Of a stretch of DNA of 64,000 nt, positions 8,736-17,775 are shown one piece after another (within the stretch, counting starts at the first letter, position 1; each line of letters opens with the position of its first letter). The position numbers were made by a program, and so were the translations under genes. The stretch comes from Candidatus Aenigmatarchaeota archaeon. GTDB taxonomy: Archaea > Aenigmatarchaeota > Aenigmatarchaeia > PWEA01 > JACQIF01. The DNA lies in NCBI GenBank assembly GCA_016432325.1, contig CP066684.1, positions 256,001-320,000 of the forward strand, read 5' to 3'. The notes beneath the pieces were generated by a model, which saw only the letters and a program-made list of their open reading frames with translations, had not been told where the DNA came from and did no database searches.

Positions 8736-11700
8736 ATGACATTTCTGTCAACGATAGTAAAAACGGTGGCCGGCGCGTCTCTGGGAGCCGCTCTTGGACT
8801 GTGGGTTTTCATAGCGGCGTCTCTCATATTCTTCCCTCCTTCCTCGTTCGACATCACGCGGGCGACTCTGGAGAACATGGATGCGGCAATAGGGCAGATA
8901 GTCTTCTCCTACAGCTCGTATGAGGTTCTGTCCATCATTTCAGGAGCCATTTTCGGGATGGCCCTCATGCACTCGAAACAGGCCGTCCTGATGCTCACAA
9001 CGATGGCGCTGGGAGGCGCGGGAGGCCTCTTGATATACATTAGCGGATTCATCGCCGTGAACCTGCTGACCACCCCGCGCGCCGCTTCCCTGAGCCTCTA
9101 CAGCCTCGTTGTGTCCGCTGTCGTCTCTGCCACTCCGGCCGAGTATTTCATGATGGCCCTCGGCGCGTGCCTCGGCTTCGTAATCGCCAACAACACGTGG
9201 AGGTCTTCGGGCCTCATCATCTATACGGCTCTCGTCGGCATAATATTCGGCTACCTGACGTACACCTTCGTCGTAACGCTCCCCCTCGTGCCGCTGTCGC
9301 AGAAGCCTCTCAGCATCCTTCTCTTCATAGCCGAGACTGCGAGCCTCTCGATGGTCGTCATATACGCTTTCTACACCTTGGACTTCACGACCAAGGTGAG
9401 GTGGTTGAGGGACATGCGCGACTTCCACTTCTCCAAGCACTACATGCCCGCAGTCGCGTTCCACGTGGCGACTTTCAACGAGCCTCCTGACATCGTAATC
9501 GACACTCTCAAATCGCTTCTCAGGGTGGACTATCCGCGAAACAAGCGCAAGATAATGGTCATCGACGACTCCACGGAAGCGCAGAGCTGGAAGCCCGTCA
9601 AGAGTTTTTGCGACAAGAACGGCATCTCTTTCATCCGCCGTCCAGAACGCAAAGGATACAAAGCAGGCGCGCTCAACTACGCGCTGAAGAAGACTCCTTC
9701 TGACGTGGACCTCGTGGCCGTCGTGGACGCCGACTACATTGTGGAGAGCGACTACCTGAAGAGCGTCGTGGGTTACTTCGTGGATCAGGACCTCGGCTTC
9801 GTCCAGACGCCCCAGGACTACAGGAACCGCGACGAAAACTATCTCACGGAGCAGTACTACTACGCGGACAGCTACTTCTATCGCGTCGTGATGCTCTCGC
9901 GCAACGAGGCGAACGCGATAATCTTCGCGGGTACGATGGGTATCATACGCAAGGAGGTTCTGGAGAAGGTGGGAGGATGGGGAGAAGGCTTCATCTGCGA
10001 GGACGCCGAGCTCTCTGTGCGCATCCTCAACGACGGCTACAAGTCGCTCTACATCAACCGCACCTTCGGCCGCGGCCTCATTCCGACGACGTACGATAGT
10101 TACCAGAAGCAGCTGTACAGGTGGAGTTTCGGCGGGGTGAAGATACTGAAGGCGCACTTCTGGAAGTTCCTCTTTTCGGCCAAGATGTCCCTGAGGCAGA
10201 AGTTCGACTTCCTCATCGGGGGCCTGCACTGGTTCGACGGGACGTGGATACTTCTCATAGCCAGCATACTCTCAACGCTCGCCGTGGCCGACATATTCAA
10301 CTATCAGGCCGTCACGTACCACCAGCGCGAGGTGTGGCTCGTCGGCCTCGTCCCCATCTTCCTGCTCGTGGACGGCGTGACGCGCCTCCATATGGCTCTC
10401 AGCAGATCCATGGGAGTGTCCCTTCTGGGCACGTTCGGCGTGATGGGCATGTGGTTCTCTGTCAAGTTCAACAACATGTTCGCATCCTACCTCGCGCTTA
10501 TCGGCGTGAACAAGCCGTTCATAAGAACGTCAAAGAAGCCTCCGGGCAAGATGTCGTTCTCCGAGGCCGTTGAATATTCGGTGAAGCTGACAAAGTTCGA
10601 GACCGCCGTCTTCATAATACTGATGGCCCTGGCTCTCGCCGTGCTGGTCAAGACAATCCTGCTCTTCATGATAGGCACGCCGGACTACGCGAGACTGCTG
10701 ATGGTCTTCTGGCTGACTTTCTACGCCCTGATATTCGGGAGCGCTCCCCTGTACGCATACCTGTCTTACAGAACGTCAACGCGCACAACGAAGCTGAGCA
10801 TGGCGAGCCTCGCGCTCTCCCTGAGGAACATGGTATGGGTTCCATTGAGAAAGGCGATTCATCAGGCGCCTTCCAGCAGGGGCAACGGCTCCAAGACGAT
10901 TGTCTATCTTGCGGTAGCAAGCGCGATCGTTGGTGGAGCGCTTCTCCTCTATATGGAAACGAACGGCGCTCAGGCGTCGCCGGTACAGGCGTCTGCGGTC
11001 ATCGCCCCCCAAATCGACCGGAGCAACATATCATTCGGTTCCAGCATCGAGGCGCTGGATTACGCGGGCCAGACGGGCTGGAGGCCCGAATACTCGTCGA
11101 TGCGAGCCGGCAGGTGGATGAAAACAGACCCATACGGCTGGCAGACGTTCTCGGACTGGTTGGACAAGACCGCGAAGAAAGGGACCGTTCCTGTAATCCT
11201 GTGGGACTACTGGGGGAAAGACGCGGCGCCGGACAAGATAGAGAACGGCTACGGGGGCAAGACCGTCGCGGAATGGCATGACATGACGGACCGCATCGCC
11301 CTCATGGTAAACGGTTCGAACAACGAGCAGTCGCTGATAGTGCTGGAACCCGAGTTCAACAAGGCCGGCATGGAAAACTGGACGCCTTTCAACGACCACC
11401 TCATCAACCTGACAGAGGCCGTACACGCCGGGAGCCCGAACACCAGCGTGGTGATAGGCTTTGGCAACTGGAATCAAGACGCGTGGGCCACGTTCGCACC
11501 CGCAATACGCTCGGCAGACATGGTAGGATACCAGTCGGTTGTCATCTCGACGCAGGCCAGCAGCCGGGATTTTGCAGACCTGCCCGAGAACGCGATAGCC
11601 GCCAGCAAGAAGCTTCGGCCGTACGGCAAGCCAATAGTGCTCTTCGACCTGGCTGTCTCGACGTATCCGCATATGGAAGCGTTGCAGAACGACACGCTTT

Positions 11701-11879
11701 CCGAATTTTTCTCCAAGGCGCCGCAGCTGTCCGCTGCAGGCACGCGCATAGTAATCTACAGGCATTTCGTGGACGCGACTGCGTACGTGCCTTCTGAAGA
11801 GATGCACTGGGGTCTGGTCTATGGCAACGGGACGAAGAAGCCCGCATACCAGACATGGATCAATGGGGTGGGAGCATGA
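8736..11879 (+). CDS. Processive GT2 glycan synthase (NdvB/cellulose-synthase-like) fused to a C-terminal extracellular glycoside-hydrolase-like TIM barrel
   Basis: TFNEP, GYKAGALN, VDADY, FVQTPQDY, CEDAE and QLYRW (QxxRW) motifs; multiple TMs; C-terminal domain with IVLEPEFN, DMVGYQ and MHWGL. Confidence 0.85.
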   Translation: MTFLSTIVKTVAGASLGAALGLWVFIAASLIFFPPSSFDITRATLENMDAAIGQIVFSYSSYEVLSIISGAIFGMALMHSKQAVLMLTTMALGGAGGLLIYISGFIAVNLLTTPRAASLSLYSLVVSAVVSATPAEYFMMALGACLGFVIANNTWRSSGLIIYTALVGIIFGYLTYTFVVTLPLVPLSQKPLSILLFIAETASLSMVVIYAFYTLDFTTKVRWLRDMRDFHFSKHYMPAVAFHVATFNEPPDIVIDTLKSLLRVDYPRNKRKIMVIDDSTEAQSWKPVKSFCDKNGISFIRRPERKGYKAGALNYALKKTPSDVDLVAVVDADYIVESDYLKSVVGYFVDQDLGFVQTPQDYRNRDENYLTEQYYYADSYFYRVVMLSRNEANAIIFAGTMGIIRKEVLEKVGGWGEGFICEDAELSVRILNDGYKSLYINRTFGRGLIPTTYDSYQKQLYRWSFGGVKILKAHFWKFLFSAKMSLRQKFDFLIGGLHWFDGTWILLIASILSTLAVADIFNYQAVTYHQREVWLVGLVPIFLLVDGVTRLHMALSRSMGVSLLGTFGVMGMWFSVKFNNMFASYLALIGVNKPFIRTSKKPPGKMSFSEAVEYSVKLTKFETAVFIILMALALAVLVKTILLFMIGTPDYARLLMVFWLTFYALIFGSAPLYAYLSYRTSTRTTKLSMASLALSLRNMVWVPLRKAIHQAPSSRGNGSKTIVYLAVASAIVGGALLLYMETNGAQASPVQASAVIAPQIDRSNISFGSSIEALDYAGQTGWRPEYSSMRAGRWMKTDPYGWQTFSDWLDKTAKKGTVPVILWDYWGKDAAPDKIENGYGGKTVAEWHDMTDRIALMVNGSNNEQSLIVLEPEFNKAGMENWTPFNDHLINLTEAVHAGSPNTSVVIGFGNWNQDAWATFAPAIRSADMVGYQSVVISTQASSRDFADLPENAIAASKKLRPYGKPIVLFDLAVSTYPHMEALQNDTLSEFFSKAPQLSAAGTRIVIYRHFVDATAYVPSEEMHWGLVYGNGTKKPAYQTWINGVGA

Positions 11880-13234
11880 GAATGGTTATAGTCGCCGCGG
11901 TATTCGCCGTTGTCCTCCTCACGGCGTTCTCTCTTGGAATCGCGACAACCGTCGGAGAGCGCGTGGTCGAGAAGGGCGTACCCACAGAAGTCGCAATACG
12001 GGACGGGACGCTATTGGTTAACGGCAATCCCTTTATCGTCAAAGGCGTCACGTATTCAGGCGTTCCGATAGGTGAGGATCCCAGAGACAAGCATTGTCCC
12101 ACGTGCCTGAGCGAAGACACCTATATGCACGACCTTGCCCTAATGAAAGCCGGCGGAGTCAACACTGTCCGCATTCTTGATCCAGCGAATCCTGAGAACA
12201 CAAGGAAGTTCCTCGATGCCGCCTACGCTCATGGGATAATGGCCATCATCGGGACGTCTGGTCCTGTCAAGGAGGATGCTTCTCTTCCAGGAGTGCGCGA
12301 ACACTCGACGGAAGGGATGTTGGACGTGGTCAAGACTTACAAGGACCACCCAGCCGTCCTGATGTGGATGTACGGCAACGAGGTCAACTTCTGGTACCCG
12401 AAGGACGCGAACGTGGACGACTGGTACACGCTACTCGACGAAACGGCCGCGGCCGTCAAGAAGGAGGATCCTTTGCACCCCGTAATAACAGGCAACAACG
12501 ACCTCCTGAACCTCGATGGCGTCCGCACCGTCAGGAACGTGGACGTTTACGGCTCCAACCAGTACAGTCTCAACGACGGCTCGTGGAACTGGTTCTTCAC
12601 CACATACGACCAGTCGGCGATAGGCCTTCCTCTGATGCTCACGGAATTTGGAGCCGATTCGTGGAACTCTGAGAAATCGGCGGAAGATGAAGCGTCGCAG
12701 GCGCGCATACTGTCGGCAAGCTGGAACTCAACTAAAGGCCGCCCCGGTTTCATCGGAGCGATAGCGTTCGAGTGGGCGGACGAATGGTGGAAGTCGGAAA
12801 ACCCGGAAAAGAGAAACTGCGAAAGGGACTGGCAGCCGTTTGACAGCGCTTCTCTTCCGGACAAATGGTTCTCGGAGGAGTGTTTCGGACTGGTGCGCAT
12901 GCAAGAGAACACCAATGAAAGGGTGCCGAAGCTGGCGTACTACGAACTGCAAAAGGAATGGGTCGTGCCGGACCAAGGAAGCGCTCCCACAATATCATTG
13001 GTGGAAATCTCCGGTAAAGAGGTAAACGCCATCGTCGCCACGTACGGAGGCGCGGCTGCGGACGTAACACTGCGTTACAAAGGCTTGCTCGAAGACTGGA
13101 AGGAGACTCCGATGCGGCGCGACGGTTTCACGTACGCCGCTGAAATCTCTCATGTGACGCCTCCCCTATCCTACAGGATCGTTGCGGCTGACGAATACGG
13201 CACCCGGACAAAGGAAGGAACGGTGATTGTATGA
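11876..13234 (+). CDS. Secreted clan GH-A glycoside hydrolase (GH2-like TIM barrel)
   Basis: Signal peptide; PFIVKGVTY, GVNTVRI, KDHPAVLMWMYGNEVN (acid/base), LMLTEFG (nucleophile), AFEWADEWWK. Confidence 0.85.
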   Translation: MRMVIVAAVFAVVLLTAFSLGIATTVGERVVEKGVPTEVAIRDGTLLVNGNPFIVKGVTYSGVPIGEDPRDKHCPTCLSEDTYMHDLALMKAGGVNTVRILDPANPENTRKFLDAAYAHGIMAIIGTSGPVKEDASLPGVREHSTEGMLDVVKTYKDHPAVLMWMYGNEVNFWYPKDANVDDWYTLLDETAAAVKKEDPLHPVITGNNDLLNLDGVRTVRNVDVYGSNQYSLNDGSWNWFFTTYDQSAIGLPLMLTEFGADSWNSEKSAEDEASQARILSASWNSTKGRPGFIGAIAFEWADEWWKSENPEKRNCERDWQPFDSASLPDKWFSEECFGLVRMQENTNERVPKLAYYELQKEWVVPDQGSAPTISLVEISGKEVNAIVATYGGAAADVTLRYKGLLEDWKETPMRRDGFTYAAEISHVTPPLSYRIVAADEYGTRTKEGTVIV

Positions 13235-14970
13235 GACCACTCTTCGTGGTGGCCGTGCTAACGTTGGCTCTATTGGCCTCGGCCGTATCTGTCCACGCAG
13301 GACACGATGCAGCGACTGCAGTAAGCTTCGGGGACACGGTTTTCACCACGCCCAACGGCTCCCAGTACGCGCCCGCGGCATCCTATCCGGTCAGCGTCAC
13401 CATAACCAACGAGAGCTTCGGAAGCGATACGATAGACGCAAGCTCGGTAAAGATGAGGCTCGTGGCTCCTGGCGGAGGCTCGTTCAACTATACGAGCGCG
13501 ACGACGCCTGCCGTCTCGAACACCAGCAACGGCGTCTTCAGCATCACGTTCACCCAAGGCCAACTGGGACCCGCGGGCACTTACACGCTGACGTGGTTCG
13601 CGAAAACGGTCGCGGAGAACGATACCGAAACCGCGTCAGGCGGCGTGGAGTATACGGTATCCAAGAACTCCAGCGCATCTGTATCGCTCAAACTCAACGG
13701 CACCGCGGGAGACAGGGCGTATAACATCGGGAGCGTTATTGAGCAAAACGCGCAGTCGACAGTCAGCGGACTCACTACACGCCTCTACAATAATTTCAGC
13801 GGCTCCATCGGGCTGGTGGGCAGCGGCTCTGCAGAAGTCACGGTCTCGAACAGGACAGATACGACCGCACCGACTACTACTCTGGGAGTCTCTCCATCCA
13901 GTGCATCCCCTCAGCAAGTCGTTACAGTATCCTGCACAGTCTCGGATTCCGGAAACGTGGGCGCGGGCCCCTACGCGGTTTCGGCTAACGCGACAGGCAA
14001 TGAAAACTATTCGGCCTCTGCGACTGTCACGCGGACAGCCACGCTGAGCTCTGTCGCGCCAACAAAGACCATCACAGTAACAAAGCCCGGAGGAAGTACG
14101 TTCGCCGTGGCCAACTGCAACGAGACGATTTCCGGAAGCAGTACGGAAGAGTCAGGCACGTACTCTGTGAGACTGCAGGCCGCAGACAACGCAGGCAACA
14201 CAGACGAGAGGACTGTCACATTCACCGTAAGCGCGGCCAGCGGCGACTCTGGTAACGGGAGCAGCGGAAGCTCTGGCGGCAGCAGCGGTTCTGGCGGCAG
14301 TTCAGGCGGAGGAGGCTCCGGCGGCAGCACGGGAGGCCTTGATGAAGGCGCGGTAGAGACCGTATCCCTCCAAACGGTCAGGCCCGGAGAGGCTTACGTT
14401 GCGAAGTTCTCCAATTCCAATCTGGGAATAGTTGAGATTGACTTCGTTGCCAAGGCGCCTGCCAGCGACGTTCGCATCACTGTAACAGAACTCAAAACAA
14501 GGCCGGAAACCACCTCGAGGCTCAACGACTGGGTATACAAGTACGTGTCGATAAAAGTCACCAACATAGAAGCCGGCGACATCGAATCGGTAAAGATACG
14601 GTTTGCCGTTTCCAACAAATGGGCCAAGGAAAACCGGGTGGACTTGGACTCGATAGCGCTCTACAGGTATACGACCGAATGGACTCCGTTACAAACCACG
14701 TCAGAGCCCTCTTTCCTTTCAGAAATGACGTTCTATGACGCGAAAAGCCCAGGGGTCTCGTTTTTCGCCATTGCCGGTTCCGAACGGGCAGAGCCCATCG
14801 TCAGCGTGCTGAATACCACAGAACTGAACCTGACGTCGATAACGTCGCCGGAGGCGGTTGCGAACTACTCCAAAGGGCTGCTGGTCCTTCTTGCACTGAT
14901 ATTCGCGATAGCCGCGGGCGTGATGTACTGGAAATGGGACGTTCTGTTCAAGAAGCCGCATTCCAGGTGA
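13231..14970 (+). CDS. Cell-surface glycoprotein with Ig-like and PGF-pre-PGF-like domains and a C-terminal TM anchor
   Basis: Signal peptide, many N-x-S/T sequons, Gly/Ser linker, VYKYVSI...F.V...W...AKSPGVSFFAI. Confidence 0.8.
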   Translation: MRPLFVVAVLTLALLASAVSVHAGHDAATAVSFGDTVFTTPNGSQYAPAASYPVSVTITNESFGSDTIDASSVKMRLVAPGGGSFNYTSATTPAVSNTSNGVFSITFTQGQLGPAGTYTLTWFAKTVAENDTETASGGVEYTVSKNSSASVSLKLNGTAGDRAYNIGSVIEQNAQSTVSGLTTRLYNNFSGSIGLVGSGSAEVTVSNRTDTTAPTTTLGVSPSSASPQQVVTVSCTVSDSGNVGAGPYAVSANATGNENYSASATVTRTATLSSVAPTKTITVTKPGGSTFAVANCNETISGSSTEESGTYSVRLQAADNAGNTDERTVTFTVSAASGDSGNGSSGSSGGSSGSGGSSGGGGSGGSTGGLDEGAVETVSLQTVRPGEAYVAKFSNSNLGIVEIDFVAKAPASDVRITVTELKTRPETTSRLNDWVYKYVSIKVTNIEAGDIESVKIRFAVSNKWAKENRVDLDSIALYRYTTEWTPLQTTSEPSFLSEMTFYDAKSPGVSFFAIAGSERAEPIVSVLNTTELNLTSITSPEAVANYSKGLLVLLALIFAIAAGVMYWKWDVLFKKPHSR

Positions 14971-14979
14971 GGTAGGACC

Positions 14980-15279
14980 ATGAAAGACGTTGTTCGCCTG
15001 GCGCTCGTAATATCCTTCTTTCTCCTCACATCCACGGTCTCTGCGCTTCCCGAAGAGAATCAGAAGGAACAGCACAGTCCTCTGGTTTCCATCAACATCG
15101 GAGAGTCTGGGGAGACCAATGATACGGGAGCCTCAAACTACACGCAGAACGCGACGGCGCCTGCGCAACCCCCGGCTTCCGAAGGCGTCCGCGGGATGCT
15201 GGTGATACTTGCGCTCGTAATATCCATAGCCGCGGGCCTGCTCTACTGGAAGTGGGACTCCATCTTCAAGAGATATTAG
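14980..15279 (+). CDS. Small secreted/membrane-anchored protein
   Basis: Signal peptide; C-terminal TM ending YWKWDSIFK, like the upstream gene. Confidence 0.7.
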   Translation: MKDVVRLALVISFFLLTSTVSALPEENQKEQHSPLVSINIGESGETNDTGASNYTQNATAPAQPPASEGVRGMLVILALVISIAAGLLYWKWDSIFKRY

Positions 15280-15333
15280 ACCGTTTCTGAGCGTTTTTGA
15301 CTATTATATCAACCTGTTTATCATGGTGTTTCC

Positions 15334-15960
15334 ATGACGTCCAAAAACGTTCGAAAAGGAGTCTCCTATCTCAAGCGCACAGATCCGCGCCTCGCACGCG
15401 TCATCGCCCGTTCGAAGACACGCCCGTCCTTAAGCCGCCGCAACAAGCCCTTCGCCTCTCTCGTGCAGTCGATAATGTACCAGCAGCTCGCGGGCGCAGC
15501 CGCGGCGGCTATCCATAAAAGACTTCTCGCTCTCTATGATGGAAAGGAACCAACACCGCGGCAGGTTCTCAAAACGCACTCGCGAACGCTCCGCTACAGG
15601 TGCGGCATGTCGTGGAAGAAAGCCGAGTTCCTGAAGGACCTTTCGAGGAAAGTCTTGGACGGAACGGTCGAAATACACGAACTCGACCATCTGCCCGACG
15701 ACAAGATTATCGAAGAGCTCACGCAAGTCAAAGGCATAGGCCGCTGGTCCGCGGAGATGTTCCTGATGTTCAACCTCGGGCGGCTGGACGTGTTTCCCGT
15801 GGACGATCTGGGCATCAGAAACGGCATGACAAGACTGTACAAGCTTCGCGGCCGCGTCACCAACGAGCGACTCGAACGAATCGCGGAGAGATGGCGCCCT
15901 TACCGTTCGCTCGCATGTTGGTACGTCTGGACATACAAGGAAGGCGAATGGAAGTACTAG
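15334..15960 (+). CDS. alkA: DNA-3-methyladenine glycosylase (AlkA family)
   Basis: SIMYQQL, LTQVKGIGRWSAEMFLMF, VFPVDDLG, WRPYRS. Confidence 0.92.
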   Translation: MTSKNVRKGVSYLKRTDPRLARVIARSKTRPSLSRRNKPFASLVQSIMYQQLAGAAAAAIHKRLLALYDGKEPTPRQVLKTHSRTLRYRCGMSWKKAEFLKDLSRKVLDGTVEIHELDHLPDDKIIEELTQVKGIGRWSAEMFLMFNLGRLDVFPVDDLGIRNGMTRLYKLRGRVTNERLERIAERWRPYRSLACWYVWTYKEGEWKY

Positions 15961-15999
15961 ACTTTCTGGAACAGCGCCTCAGCGATGTGCTGAAAGTCA

Positions 16000-16518
16000 T
16001 CAGACTTTCATGAAAAGCGCCACGTAGTCTGTTTCGCGCTCGTCTCCCACGACGCCTTCTTTCAGGAGTTTCAAGCCGGCAAAACTCTTCAAGAGCCGCG
16101 CTCTTTTGCCCTCCATCGTTTCGGGATTGCAGAAGTCTGAAATGAGCAGGAAGCCCCCAGGCTTGACGACTCTCACGAGTTCGTGGATATTCTGAATGAG
16201 ATGTATCGTGTCGAACGAGACGACGATGTCGAACGCCTCGTTCGCGAACGGCAGCGAGTTCCCGTCGGAAAGCACGAACAGCGCATTCTTCTGCGCGTGA
16301 GGGCTGGCATCCACGCCCACGGCAAGTCGCGGCGTTATCCCCTTCCCCGCCAGAAAATCCTCGAACCAGCCTTCGCCTGAGCCTACGTCAAGAACGCGCG
16401 CGCTCTCGAACCTGAGCTTTGCCGCGGCAGGCACGATGAACTCCACGAAGATCCCCTCGTATTTGTTGAGTTGGGTCTCCTTCATCCATTTGGAGTATAT
16501 CTTCTCCGTGAAGGACAT
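16000..16518 (-). CDS. Class I SAM-dependent methyltransferase
   Basis: VLDVGSGEG, LPF...FDIVVS, RVVKPGG. Confidence 0.85.
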   Translation of the reverse strand: MSFTEKIYSKWMKETQLNKYEGIFVEFIVPAAAKLRFESARVLDVGSGEGWFEDFLAGKGITPRLAVGVDASPHAQKNALFVLSDGNSLPFANEAFDIVVSFDTIHLIQNIHELVRVVKPGGFLLISDFCNPETMEGKRARLLKSFAGLKLLKEGVVGDERETDYVALFMKV

Positions 16519-16576
16519 GCTATAGATTGGGAAAGGGACGCTTTATATCTAAAGCGTTTCTTGCCGTTAAGACTCT

Positions 16577-17176
16577 TTATATCGTCTGCCGCGGCTCCGC
16601 GCTGTCTCTCCCTTTGGCTTCCGGTGGACCGGTTTCGCGCGCCTGTTCGCCAAGAGGGAGATCGGCTATCTTTCGATAAAGCGACGGCCCGTCGCGCATG
16701 ACGCTTTCGTAGTAGCTCACGCCGCTGACGACGAACTCTCCCAGCTCAAAATCGTCGTGGCGCTCAACAATTTCCCCAAGTCCCAGAGAATCCTGTCCAA
16801 GCGCCCTTCTGTACAAGGTCATGTGCGGAACGTATGTTTTATTGGGCTCCCGGCCAAGACTATGCAGCAGGGAGTCGTTGACGCGCCTGTTGAGGTCCGT
16901 AAACTCTTCCCGGCCCTCGGCTACTGTCACGTGAAGGGTCCACTCGTCGAAAGCCAGGCCCCGCAAACGGATCTTGAAGGGAGCTACTCCTGAGATAACG
17001 GGCCTCGCCGCCTCTTCCACGGCTGTCGTGTCCGGCGTTTCTCCCAGAAACCTGACGGTTATGTGCGAGTTGGGCTGAGGCAACAGGCCGTCCACATGGG
17101 AAAAGTTCCCCTGAATTGAATATACTTTCTCACGAAATGACGCGGGGATGTTCACGGCCAGGAAGGTTTTGTTCAT
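16577..17176 (-). CDS. thpR: 2H phosphoesterase (RNA 2',3'-cyclic phosphodiesterase)
   Basis: Two HxT motifs (SHITVRFLG, PHMTLY); N-terminal TFLAV. Confidence 0.85.
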   Translation of the reverse strand: MNKTFLAVNIPASFREKVYSIQGNFSHVDGLLPQPNSHITVRFLGETPDTTAVEEAARPVISGVAPFKIRLRGLAFDEWTLHVTVAEGREEFTDLNRRVNDSLLHSLGREPNKTYVPHMTLYRRALGQDSLGLGEIVERHDDFELGEFVVSGVSYYESVMRDGPSLYRKIADLPLGEQARETGPPEAKGRDSAEPRQTI

Positions 17177-17294
17177 ACGAAATGTTGTGCGAACAATTAT
17201 TTAAAATGGTGCGCCGTTTTATAGTTCTTACGAACAGCGGTTCGTAAGTTTGCGAACCCTTGTTCGCAAATACCGCGCCGATCGCAGTAACTGT

Positions 17295-17723
17295 TTAGAT
17301 TTTCCTCGGCATGAAGTCCATGCCCACCATGACCTTCGTTATGCGCGTCGAGTTGCCCGCCGCCTTGGTGATAAGAGCCATGGCCTCCTCCGCGCTTTTC
17401 ATCCTGTTAATGCTCAGCAGCATCTCGCCGAACCGCGCGTTGCTGATAAAGAACATCGCCTTGCCTATGCAACTCTTTGATTTGATAGCCTTCCCGACGT
17501 CCGCTTCCAGTATCTGCGCCTGCCTCTCGGGCTTTACCTGCCCGCCCACGTTCAGTTTAAGTGCGCGTATGTCACCGAACCCAAGGACAACCTGTTTCTT
17601 GCCTCCGAGGTTGCCCTTCCTGTCCGCCGATATCATCCAGCGCTCGCCGCCGAGAATATGCTTCTCGTGGATTACAATATACTCGTTGCCGCTCTCTGTG
17701 GTAAGGATATAGCTGTCGTCCAT
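17295..17723 (-). CDS. Hypothetical protein
   Basis: 142-aa ORF; no recognised motif. Confidence 0.55.
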   Translation of the reverse strand: MDDSYILTTESGNEYIVIHEKHILGGERWMISADRKGNLGGKKQVVLGFGDIRALKLNVGGQVKPERQAQILEADVGKAIKSKSCIGKAMFFISNARFGEMLLSINRMKSAEEAMALITKAAGNSTRITKVMVGMDFMPRKI

Positions 17724-17775
17724 CGCATGAATTGAACGTTCTGCCTATTTAACTTTTCGCGTGCCATAGCGGGCC

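Noticed and set aside
8940-10229. Long antisense ORFs (e.g. 8940..10229, 18625..19689, 40436..41851, 53615..54568)
   Set aside because: Shadow frames of well-supported genes in GC-rich, codon-biased DNA.
14240-14340. GGCAGC-type and AACGG-type short repeats (also 8394-8440 and 24055-24190)
   Set aside because: They encode low-complexity Gly/Ser or Asn/Gly linkers, not DNA repeat arrays.
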